From positions 1 to 10,537 of the forward strand of contig JBHLMQ010000080.1 of the NCBI GenBank assembly GCA_048938005.1: a stretch of DNA of 10,537 bases, read 5' to 3'. The notes beneath the pieces are model-generated. The model did no database searches. It saw only the letters and a list, made by a program, of their open reading frames with translations, and was not told the DNA's origin. Position numbers and translations under genes: made by a program. Below, one piece after another: positions 1 through 7,210 of this stretch (positions within the stretch are counted from its first letter, which is position 1; every line of letters begins with the position of its first letter). Source of the DNA: Promethearchaeota archaeon. Lineage in GTDB: Archaea > Asgardarchaeota > Lokiarchaeia > Sigyniarchaeales > SOKP01.

Positions 1-1197
1 ATTTCACAGTTTACAATTATTTGGTGGATAACTGACACGACTGGAAGTACAATGTTGCTTTCATTAGCAGCCTTTTTTTACATGTTGCCAATGACAATTG
101 TGGTTGCACTGGCTGGTGTTGTTATTGATAGATGGAATCGAAAAGCAATAATAGTAGTGGTAGATTCGCTTCAGGCTTTTGCTATGCTTATTGTTATCAT
201 TTTATTCAACTTTGGGGTGGTAACCCCGATATTGATTGTTATATTAATGAGTATATTGGGGTTGTTTCAAGGTTTTCATATTCCCACGGTAGCTGCAATC
301 GTTCCTACAATGGTGCCAAAGGATAAGTTAAGTAGAATGAATGGTGTTAATTTCTTCTTTACAAGTTTTATTCAATTTATAGGACCAATAATTGCTGCCA
401 TGCTATTAGTGATAATTCCAATTAAATCTATACTTTGGATTGATCCAGTTACTTTTATTATGGCTCTCATTCCTTTATTATTCATTAAAATACCTAGAAT
501 ACAGAAAATAGAAATTTCAAAAAAAAAGAATTCATTTATCGAGGATTTTAAAATTGGGTTTCGCATGTTAAAACTAATCCCGATAGTTCTTTTAATGCTT
601 ATAATATCGACGTTTGTGAACTTTCTAATAAGGCCCTATGGTATCTTTTTACCCTATTTTGTAGAATATAATCACGGGGGAGATTCTTCGAATTTAGCTT
701 TTGTTTTAGCTTTTATGAATGGAGGGATGATTTTGGGAGCATTAATTGCATCAGTCAAGAAAGAATGGAAACATATTATACTCATCTATTTTGGTGGAGA
801 ATTAACTCTAATGCTAATGTATGGAGTTATAGCACTCACACCTCACGGATTCTTTTTATTAATGAGCATCGCAGCTGGAATTTTCGGTATAGTCATTCCA
901 ATTATTAATACCATATCTTTAACAATGATGCAGAAAAAAATACCCGTAGATAAGATGGGAAGAATTTCTTCTATAGATTGGGCAATATCTTCAGCGATTT
1001 CTCCAATTGGAACTCTTATTTCTTGGCCATTGTCTGAAATTTTTGGAGTGCCTAATTTATTCCTAATTTGTTCTATTATAGGGATAATAATAACTCTTAT
1101 TTTCTGGTGGATTGCTCACGTACGAATAAATAATTATGAAAAGAGTGAACAGGAAAAAGTCGGCGTTAGTACTGATAAAGCAACACTAGAGTTATAA
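1..1197 (+). CDS. MFS transporter, DHA3/MefA-like (macrolide-efflux-like) family; 5' end lies outside the window
   Basis: Frame 1 is open from base 1 (ISQFTIIWWITDTTGST, then the ORF-track Met at 52). This matches the TM1 'QF.IIWWIT..TGS' segment typical of MefA-like MFS proteins, so ATG 52 is internal. It has the MFS motif A-like 'GVVIDRWNRK', 'P..VP.MVPKDKL.R.NG', the second-half echo 'QKKIPVDKMGR', and many hydrophobic TM segments. Stop TAA at 1195-1197. Confidence 0.88.
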   Translation: MSQFTIIWWITDTTGSTMLLSLAAFFYMLPMTIVVALAGVVIDRWNRKAIIVVVDSLQAFAMLIVIILFNFGVVTPILIVILMSILGLFQGFHIPTVAAIVPTMVPKDKLSRMNGVNFFFTSFIQFIGPIIAAMLLVIIPIKSILWIDPVTFIMALIPLLFIKIPRIQKIEISKKKNSFIEDFKIGFRMLKLIPIVLLMLIISTFVNFLIRPYGIFLPYFVEYNHGGDSSNLAFVLAFMNGGMILGALIASVKKEWKHIILIYFGGELTLMLMYGVIALTPHGFFLLMSIAAGIFGIVIPIINTISLTMMQKKIPVDKMGRISSIDWAISSAISPIGTLISWPLSEIFGVPNLFLICSIIGIIITLIFWWIAHVRINNYEKSEQEKVGVSTDKATLEL

Positions 1198-1218
1198 AAA
1201 GGAAGAGATCCAATTGCT

Positions 1219-1737
1219 TTATTCTCTTGTTTTCATATTTTTATCATGTGTACTAATCCATCTTAATAAGGTCTCACTTTTTTTTGGAAAATTTTGAGCA
1301 ATTACTTTTGCTGCGGTATTTTTTACATCAGGATCCTCGTCTGAAAGTAGACAACTTTCAAGAACATGATAAGCATTATCGCTCCTAAGTTCCAATACTT
1401 CAAATGCAAGGATACTAACCTTTCTAATTTCACAGTTATCACTATTTTCTATGAAGTAATTTAGTAATTCGATAGCTTCTGATTTAGTCATTGATTTAGT
1501 AGTAACATAATCATAAATTTTTGCTACTGTTAATTCGTTGCTCATATATTCAAGGGCGTCTTGGTAAAGTAAATGAGATTTATCCGAAGAATTAAGATAT
1601 TTTGTTTTTTTCCTTAAATCAAAAGGACAATTATGATTTTCAGGTAATCTATGCTTATTACAGAAAATCATACCACAAAATTTACATCGGTATGGGATAT
1701 CGACTAATTTAATTTTGCAATAATAACAATATGGCAA
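1219..1737 (-). CDS. AN1-type zinc finger protein fused to a HEAT-like helical repeat domain (172 aa)
   Basis: N-terminal C4-x2-C7-x10-C18-x2-C21-x4-C26-x2-H29-x5-H35-x-C37 (CYYC...CKFCGMIFCNKHRLPENHNC) fits the AN1 zinc finger pattern, including the 'HRLPE.H.C' signature. The C-terminal half has two HEAT-like units ('IENSDNCEIRKVSILAF', 'LLSDEDPDVKNTAAKVI'). The start codon is TTG. Confidence 0.85.
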   Translation of the reverse strand: MPYCYYCKIKLVDIPYRCKFCGMIFCNKHRLPENHNCPFDLRKKTKYLNSSDKSHLLYQDALEYMSNELTVAKIYDYVTTKSMTKSEAIELLNYFIENSDNCEIRKVSILAFEVLELRSDNAYHVLESCLLSDEDPDVKNTAAKVIAQNFPKKSETLLRWISTHDKNMKTRE

Positions 1738-1810
1738 ATTTTTCCATTTAAAATAATAAAAACTGGTCTATATTACTCATATAAATATAATAAACTCAAA
1801 TATAAATAAT

Positions 1811-1829
1811 CAACAAAAAAATTTTGATG
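1811..1829 (-). terminator. Possible archaeal oligo(T) terminator downstream of the GRE gene
   Basis: The A7 run at 1815-1821 on + reads as T7 on the minus strand, about 35 nt after the GRE stop, inside a weak inverted repeat (catcaaaa-ttt-ttttgttg). The AT-rich background makes this weak evidence. Confidence 0.3.
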
Positions 1830-1856
1830 CTAAAAATTGCCAATTAAAATAAAATT

Positions 1857-4262
1857 TTATAGACTATGTTCCAACCTGTTGATAATATCATTTTGTATCG
1901 GAGTACCAAGATCGATAAAAGTAGCATTATATCCCCCAACTTTTACAATTAAGTCCGTATATTTTTCAGGATGTTTTTGTGCATCCTTAAGGATATCAGT
2001 AGAAACAACAGTAGGTTGTATTTGCATCCCACCTGATTCAAAATAACTCTTTAAGAAATAATATAATTTATCTAAACTCTCATCTCCTTCAAGGTTTTGA
2101 GGGTGTAATCTTATATTTACAGCAACTCCATTTATCGCTAAATCATAGTTTAATTTTGCAATTGAATTTAATGTAGCAGTAAGACCATTTTTTTCCATAT
2201 TATTTACAGGAGAAAGGCTGTTTGATAAAGCGTGCATTGCTTTTCTTCCATCAGCAGAAGCTCTCGTAAAAAATCCTTCTATAACATGTACTCCCATAGA
2301 GTAGGCTCCTGGATTATAACGCCCATTTCTTATACATCTATGTTTAACTACTTCAGAGCAGAATAAATACCATAACTCGTTTGCGAGTTGATCAATATCC
2401 TCTTTATCATTGCCCCATTTATTGTATTTATTTATTAATTTCTGTCTTAGTTCTTCTTGCCTTTTGAAATTAGAATTCAAAATTTGAATTAGTTCTGGGA
2501 GTGACATCAATTTCTCTTCATAAACTACTTTTTTTATATTATACAATGAATCTACTAAAGTAGCAAAGCCATAAGCAGTAATAGAAGAGAAGTTATAAAT
2601 TGCTCCACCAGCAGTATAATCTTTACCTTTTTCTATACACCCATCAATGAGAGCAGAAACAAATGGTTGCGGGAAAAATTTATTTGTTTCATCATCTCCA
2701 ATTTCGGCAACTTTTACGGATTTTTCAATATTAAAGCGCAATTGATGAATAAAAGCCTTGTACAAATCATCATAAGTTAGAAAGTTGGTAGGATCTCCTA
2801 TTTTTAATCCACTCACTTGTTTTGTTAAATTGCAATATCCATTATTTAATGTAAGTTCAAGAACACCAGGTAAATTAATATACATTCTACCTGTTGCTGC
2901 AAACGTATTTCCTTGACTCGTAGGTTCCACACACCCTATTATTGCATAGTCATGAGCATCCTCTTTAGTATAACCCGCTTTTTTCATGGCGGGAATAATG
3001 ATGTCATCATTATAGAAGGCGATTCCAGAAGTAAATTGAAAGACCTTTAAGGTTTCTTTTAAGAATTTATCTGGGGTGTTCTTATGAATTCTTATGGAGA
3101 GATCAGTAGTTAATGCTTTGATATTCTTATAAGCTTCAAGAAATAAGTATGAAATTTCATTTGTAGCATCTTTTCCTTCTTTATCTACACCTGAAATGGT
3201 TATTGTTTGTGTATTTAGTCCAAGTGCATTTGAGATTGTAGTATAATCTGTTGGTAATAATGTAACATTCCAAGTTAACTTCAAATTTAATTCTTCAATC
3301 AATCCTAAAGCGAACTCTCTTGTGATTTTGTTTTTTTCTAAATCACTCTTATAATATGGCCATAGAATTTGATCTAACCTACCTAAAGCAACGACACTTC
3401 TATGATAAATAATATTTATGATATTTTGAGTGAAGTGTATGAGTTGAATTGCTTCATAGAACGAATTAGCAGTTTCTTTAGTAAATTTTTCCATCATTGC
3501 TCCAATAATTTCAAGTTCTTGCTTTCTTTGCTCACTTTTTTCATTTAATGCCATTCTATAAGCAAGATCAGAATATCTCTTTGAAAATTGGATAGCCGCA
3601 TTATAACAAATTTTTACAGCTTCATAGAAATTATATTTATCTTTATATTCGACATCGGTTGTTTTTATTCTTGATTGAAATGATTCAGCTTCTCTAATAA
3701 TTCCTGTATACCCTAATTTTAGGAGTTTTTGATATCCAACGCATATATGACCTTCATTAGTCCCATTTCCTATAGCAATATTAGGCGCTGCTGAGGCAAT
3801 TCTATCCATTCCTGTAATTAATCTTTTATCATAAATTCTTTGCGATATAATATCACTATATAAAGCTTTGCCTTTCCAAAAAGGAAATATATTTAATAAC
3901 TCCTTAATTTCATTTTCTTCCATAAAAAAAGGTTGTAATTTCCTATTTTCATACTTTTTAATATTACTATAATTATCCAAAGTTCCATCATATGAGTACA
4001 AATCAAGATTAATTTTTTCTCCCAAATTTTTGCTTGTCTCGTTCCCTACCAACAATTCATCATTCCTGATGAATATCGTCATGTTTTCCAGAGTGTGTGC
4101 TACTGCTTTAGCTCTCTTTATAATTTCAGGATCAGTAGGAAATTTTTTATAAATCTCTGTGAGAAATCTCATACGTTCAATACATAATTTATATTTACTG
4201 GAAAGAAGATTTTGTTTTAGTCTTAAAGTTCTTCCTGGTGTGCCATTAGCTATTGTAATCAT
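1857..4262 (-). CDS. Glycyl radical enzyme (pyruvate formate-lyase superfamily, PFL2/eliminase-type), substrate unknown, 801 aa
   Basis: N-terminal 'IKRAKA..H.LENM.I.I...ELLVGN', 'GH' at His172, 'LGRLDQILWPYY', 'TITISG....G.DATNE.SYL.LEA'. Cys loop IIGCVEP (Cys444/Glu446, single Cys), 'KWGND...D', 'ASADGR......SNSLSP', and C-terminal glycyl loop DLIVKVGGY (Gly777, codon 1932-1934). Confidence 0.93.
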   Translation of the reverse strand: MITIANGTPGRTLRLKQNLLSSKYKLCIERMRFLTEIYKKFPTDPEIIKRAKAVAHTLENMTIFIRNDELLVGNETSKNLGEKINLDLYSYDGTLDNYSNIKKYENRKLQPFFMEENEIKELLNIFPFWKGKALYSDIISQRIYDKRLITGMDRIASAAPNIAIGNGTNEGHICVGYQKLLKLGYTGIIREAESFQSRIKTTDVEYKDKYNFYEAVKICYNAAIQFSKRYSDLAYRMALNEKSEQRKQELEIIGAMMEKFTKETANSFYEAIQLIHFTQNIINIIYHRSVVALGRLDQILWPYYKSDLEKNKITREFALGLIEELNLKLTWNVTLLPTDYTTISNALGLNTQTITISGVDKEGKDATNEISYLFLEAYKNIKALTTDLSIRIHKNTPDKFLKETLKVFQFTSGIAFYNDDIIIPAMKKAGYTKEDAHDYAIIGCVEPTSQGNTFAATGRMYINLPGVLELTLNNGYCNLTKQVSGLKIGDPTNFLTYDDLYKAFIHQLRFNIEKSVKVAEIGDDETNKFFPQPFVSALIDGCIEKGKDYTAGGAIYNFSSITAYGFATLVDSLYNIKKVVYEEKLMSLPELIQILNSNFKRQEELRQKLINKYNKWGNDKEDIDQLANELWYLFCSEVVKHRCIRNGRYNPGAYSMGVHVIEGFFTRASADGRKAMHALSNSLSPVNNMEKNGLTATLNSIAKLNYDLAINGVAVNIRLHPQNLEGDESLDKLYYFLKSYFESGGMQIQPTVVSTDILKDAQKHPEKYTDLIVKVGGYNATFIDLGTPIQNDIINRLEHSL

Positions 4263-4408
4263 TTTTGAATTTTTAGGATTGAGTATAAAATTTAAAGTAT
4301 TTAATTAAATCATTAAATATAAAATTAGTTTTTATGGATTTTTAAGTTAATTAATCTTATCTTTAGATATCTAAAAATGATTATTATTATAATTTCGAGG
4401 TTTAAAAT
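4263..4408. promoter_or_regulatory. Divergent promoter region between the GRE gene and the crotonase cluster, with palindromic candidate operator(s)
   Basis: 146-bp very AT-rich gap between head-to-head genes. It contains a perfect 14-bp palindrome TTTAGATATCTAAA (4362-4375), a 12-bp palindrome ATTTAATTAAAT (4299-4310), and SD-like GAGGT (4397-4401) 7 nt before the TTG at 4409. Confidence 0.55.
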
Positions 4409-5260
4409 TTGGATTTTGAGACAATTAAATTTGAATTGAGGGAAGATGGTATTGGATTCCTAACGTTAAATAGACCAGATAAATTAAATGCTATGTCATT
4501 TCAAATGTTTGAGGATTTACATTCAATATTTGATAATTTAATGGTAAACTTGAATTGTAGGGTCCTTATTTTGAAAGGCGAAGGAAGGGCATTCTGTGCT
4601 GGTTTAGATTTAAAAGAGGTAAATCTTCTAAATATGAGGAAAAAACCTGAAAATTATAAGAAATTTTATTATCTGAATATTTCTGAGACAATTAAAAATA
4701 GATTGTATTTCCAATGGCGTCTTAGCCAAGTCATTATTAAGATGAGAAAAATTAGTCAGCCAATTATAGCCATAATACATGGAGCCGCCACAGGAGGGGG
4801 TTTTGCTCTTACATTAGCATCAGATATTCGAATAGCTGGTGAAAAAGCACAATTTAATAACGCATTTATTAAATTAGGACTTTCTGGATCTGATGTAGGA
4901 ACGAGTTATTTCCTTCCTCGACTTATTGGTATATCTAGAGCTGCTGAATTATTATACACTGGTCGCTTTATAAATGCTGAAGAAGCTAAGAAAATTGGTC
5001 TCGTTTTTAAAGTAGTAAACGGTAATGAAAATAAAATATTAGAAGTAGCAATGGATATTGCAAAAGATCTACTAACAAAAAGCCCACTTGGACTTCGAAT
5101 GACTAAGGAAGCAATTAATTTATCTCTTGATTCACCGAGTTTAGAAACAATTATTCAATTAGAAAATCGAGCGCAGATGTTATGCGGGGCATCTAAAGAT
5201 ATAAGAGAGGGAGTATCAGCGTTCTTTGAGAAAAGAAAACCGAAATATCCACTTCTATAG
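4409..5260 (+). CDS. Crotonase-superfamily (enoyl-CoA hydratase/isomerase) protein, paralog 1, 283 aa
   Basis: Motifs LTLNRPDKLNA, oxyanion-hole AFCAGLDL, 'QPIIAIIHGAATGGGFALTLASDIRIA', 'LGLSGSDVGTSYFLPRLIG', 'TGRFINAEEA' and C-terminal 'AFFEKRKPKY'. TTG start preceded by GAGGT; the N-terminus MDFETIKFEL is identical to paralog 2, supporting the start. Confidence 0.93.
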   Translation: MDFETIKFELREDGIGFLTLNRPDKLNAMSFQMFEDLHSIFDNLMVNLNCRVLILKGEGRAFCAGLDLKEVNLLNMRKKPENYKKFYYLNISETIKNRLYFQWRLSQVIIKMRKISQPIIAIIHGAATGGGFALTLASDIRIAGEKAQFNNAFIKLGLSGSDVGTSYFLPRLIGISRAAELLYTGRFINAEEAKKIGLVFKVVNGNENKILEVAMDIAKDLLTKSPLGLRMTKEAINLSLDSPSLETIIQLENRAQMLCGASKDIREGVSAFFEKRKPKYPLL

Positions 5261-5344
5261 GACTTTATAATCTAATATTATAATTATATTAATCAGTAAA
5301 TTTAAATCTAAAAATAATAAAAAATGTATAAAAAATGATGAAAG

Positions 5345-6205
5345 ATGGATTTTGAAACTATTAAATTTGAGTTGCAAGATAATGGAATAGGAATTTTGAC
5401 CCTTAATCGTCCAGATAAATTGAATGCTATGAACTTTCAGATGATTGAAGATTTACATACTATATTAGATCATTTAATGAACAATTTAGATTGTCGTGTT
5501 CTTATTTTAAAAGCTGCTGGAAGGGCTTTTTGCGCAGGATTGGATCTAAGAGAATCTATGGTCCTTCAATCCAAGAAAAAGCCAATGGAGTTAAAAAAGA
5601 AGTTTTTCTTTATAAGAGCCCCAGATAAAGATTTAATCAAAGCAAAAATGTATGGACAGTGGAGAACTAGTCATTTAATCGTTAAAATGAGGAAAATCAG
5701 TCAACCAATAATCGCTATTATTCAAGGCCCTGCTACGGGAGCAGGATTTACTTTTGTTTTGGCAGCAGATATAAGAATCGCGGGAGAAAATGCTAAATTA
5801 GCAAACTCTTTTATAAATTTAGGATTCTCAGGTTCTGATTTATCAAGTAGTTATCATTTACCTCGGCTAATTGGCATGTCTCGAGCTGCAGAAATCCTCT
5901 ATACCGGGCGCTTTATAGACGCTCAAGAAGCTGAGAGAATTGGTCTTATCACTAAAGTAATAAAAGGGGATGAGCATAACTTAATAATGTCAGCATTAGA
6001 AATAGCGAAAGATTTGCTTACAAAAAGTCCACTTGGGCTTCGAATGACAAAAGAAGCAATTAATTTATCACTTGATTCTCCAAGTTTAGAAACAATCATG
6101 CAATTAGAAAATCGTTCGCAAATGTTATGTTCAACATCTGCGGATCTTTTGGAAGGAGTTAATGCTTTTTTTGAAAAAAGGAAACCAAAATATCCAAAAT
6201 TATAA
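5345..6205 (+). CDS. Crotonase-superfamily (enoyl-CoA hydratase/isomerase) protein, paralog 2, 286 aa
   Basis: Same motif set: LTLNRPDKLNA, AFCAGLDL, GPATGAGFTFVLAADIRIA, LGFSGSDLSSSYHLPRLIG, AFFEKRKPKY. ATG start. Confidence 0.93.
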   Translation: MDFETIKFELQDNGIGILTLNRPDKLNAMNFQMIEDLHTILDHLMNNLDCRVLILKAAGRAFCAGLDLRESMVLQSKKKPMELKKKFFFIRAPDKDLIKAKMYGQWRTSHLIVKMRKISQPIIAIIQGPATGAGFTFVLAADIRIAGENAKLANSFINLGFSGSDLSSSYHLPRLIGMSRAAEILYTGRFIDAQEAERIGLITKVIKGDEHNLIMSALEIAKDLLTKSPLGLRMTKEAINLSLDSPSLETIMQLENRSQMLCSTSADLLEGVNAFFEKRKPKYPKL

Positions 6206-6230
6206 AAAAATAGAGAAAATGTGAAAATAT

Positions 6231-7076
6231 ATGAGATATAAAACAATCAAATTTGAATTACAAGAGAATGGTATAGGAATTTTAACTTTAAACAGACCTG
6301 AAAAATTAAATGCAATATCATTTCAAATGGAAGAAGAGCTTCATCATGTATTAGATCAATTAATGGTGAATTTAGAATGTCGAGTATTAATTTTCCGAGG
6401 AGAAGGAAAAGCTTTTTCAGCAGGAACAGATTTACAGGAGGGGATGATATTAAACTCGAAGAAAAATCCAGAAGGATATGAAAAATTTTATTTCTTGAAC
6501 GTATCAGAACCAATTAAAAGAAAAATGTATCATCAATGGCGTATAACCCAAATTATCATGAAAATGAGGAAAATTTCTCAACCAATTATCGCAGCAGTAC
6601 ACGGTCCAGTAGCTGGGGGTGGGTTTGGATTTGCAATGGCGTCTGACATTAGAATTGGTAGCGAAGATGTTAATTTTATTAATGCTTCCATTAATATTGG
6701 ATTAACTGGTGCGGATATGGGAAGTAGTTACTTCCTTCCTCGACTTATTAATCTTTCAAGGGCTGCTGAAATCATTTATAGCGGGAGGGGAGTTTCTGGA
6801 AAAGAAGCTGAGAAGATTGGATTTATCCTAAAAGTTGTAGAGAACGAAAAATTGTTAGATGAAGCAATAGAATTAGCAGAAGAATTGTTAACTAAAAGTC
6901 CATTAGGTTTACGTATGACAAAAGAAGCTCTTAATTTATCTTTAGATTCTCCCAGTTTAAATAATATTTTACAATTTGAAAATAGTTCTATTGTTTTGAC
7001 TTTCTCTACTAAAGATGTAAATGAGGCTTCTAGCGCTTTCTTCGAGAAAAGAAAACCGAAATATGGATTAAAATAA
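6231..7076 (+). CDS. Crotonase-superfamily (enoyl-CoA hydratase/isomerase) protein, paralog 3, 281 aa
   Basis: Motifs LTLNRPEKLNA, AFSAGTDL, HGPVAGGGFGFAMASDIRIG, IGLTGADMGSSYFLPRLI, AFFEKRKPKY. Starts 25 bp after paralog 2, so likely co-transcribed. Confidence 0.93.
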   Translation: MRYKTIKFELQENGIGILTLNRPEKLNAISFQMEEELHHVLDQLMVNLECRVLIFRGEGKAFSAGTDLQEGMILNSKKNPEGYEKFYFLNVSEPIKRKMYHQWRITQIIMKMRKISQPIIAAVHGPVAGGGFGFAMASDIRIGSEDVNFINASINIGLTGADMGSSYFLPRLINLSRAAEIIYSGRGVSGKEAEKIGFILKVVENEKLLDEAIELAEELLTKSPLGLRMTKEALNLSLDSPSLNNILQFENSSIVLTFSTKDVNEASSAFFEKRKPKYGLK

Positions 7077-7159
7077 AAAAATTCATTTTAAATATTAAAC
7101 AATTCTAATTTATTAATTCTTATTAACTTGTCAATTAACTCTACTTTAATAACTATTTA

Positions 7160-7167
7160 TTTATAAA
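7160..7167 (+). promoter_or_regulatory. Candidate archaeal TATA box for the amino acid permease
   Basis: TTTATAAA at 7160-7167, about 45-50 nt upstream of ATG 7211, fits the archaeal TTTAWAWA consensus. The low-complexity AT context lowers confidence. Confidence 0.3.
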
Positions 7168-7210
7168 GTTGAAACCACAAATATTATACATAATTAAAAA
7201 GGGTCTAATC

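Noticed and set aside
519-527. A9 homopolymer in the MFS gene as a phase-variation or frameshift site
   Set aside because: It encodes a Lys run in the central loop, the frame is intact, and A/T runs are abundant throughout this AT-rich window.
132-566. ORFs 132..326 (+) and 372..566 (-)
   Set aside because: Off-frame or antisense shadows entirely inside the well-supported MFS gene, with no motifs.
1738-1747. Out-of-frame ATG 10 nt upstream of the AN1 gene's TTG start, across an A5 run
   Set aside because: It could hint at a 1-nt indel, but TTG starts also occur in this window (4409) and the AN1 finger is complete from the TTG.
1837-2046. 69-aa + strand ORF
   Set aside because: Antisense to the conserved glycyl-radical domain of the GRE; no independent coding signal.
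1857-4262. Calling the GRE pflB, cutC, hypD, bssA or nrdD
   Set aside because: No Cys-Cys pair (PFL). The post-Cys strand differs from CutC, HypD and glycerol dehydratase as recalled. No small Bss subunits nearby. No ATP-cone or C-terminal CxxC zinc site (NrdD).
6194-6205. C-terminal -PKL of paralog 2 resembling a peroxisomal PTS1 signal
   Set aside because: Not conserved in the other paralogs (-PLL, -GLK), and the gene context is prokaryotic; most likely chance.
5923-6513. ORFs 5923..6246 and 6247..6513 (-)
   Set aside because: Antisense to crotonase paralogs 2 and 3, with no recognisable domains.
4409-7076. Crotonase repeats as an assembly artefact, recent amplification or DGR/variable cassette
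   Set aside because: Differences include many synonymous changes and in-frame indels, are not adenine-specific, and all frames are intact. No reverse transcriptase or recombinase is in the window.
7169-7210. TTG start at 7169 for the permease
   Set aside because: It adds 14 non-conserved residues and abuts a TATA-like box. ATG 7211 (MEEVKKKPKLKRRVSL) fits the usual APC N-terminus better.
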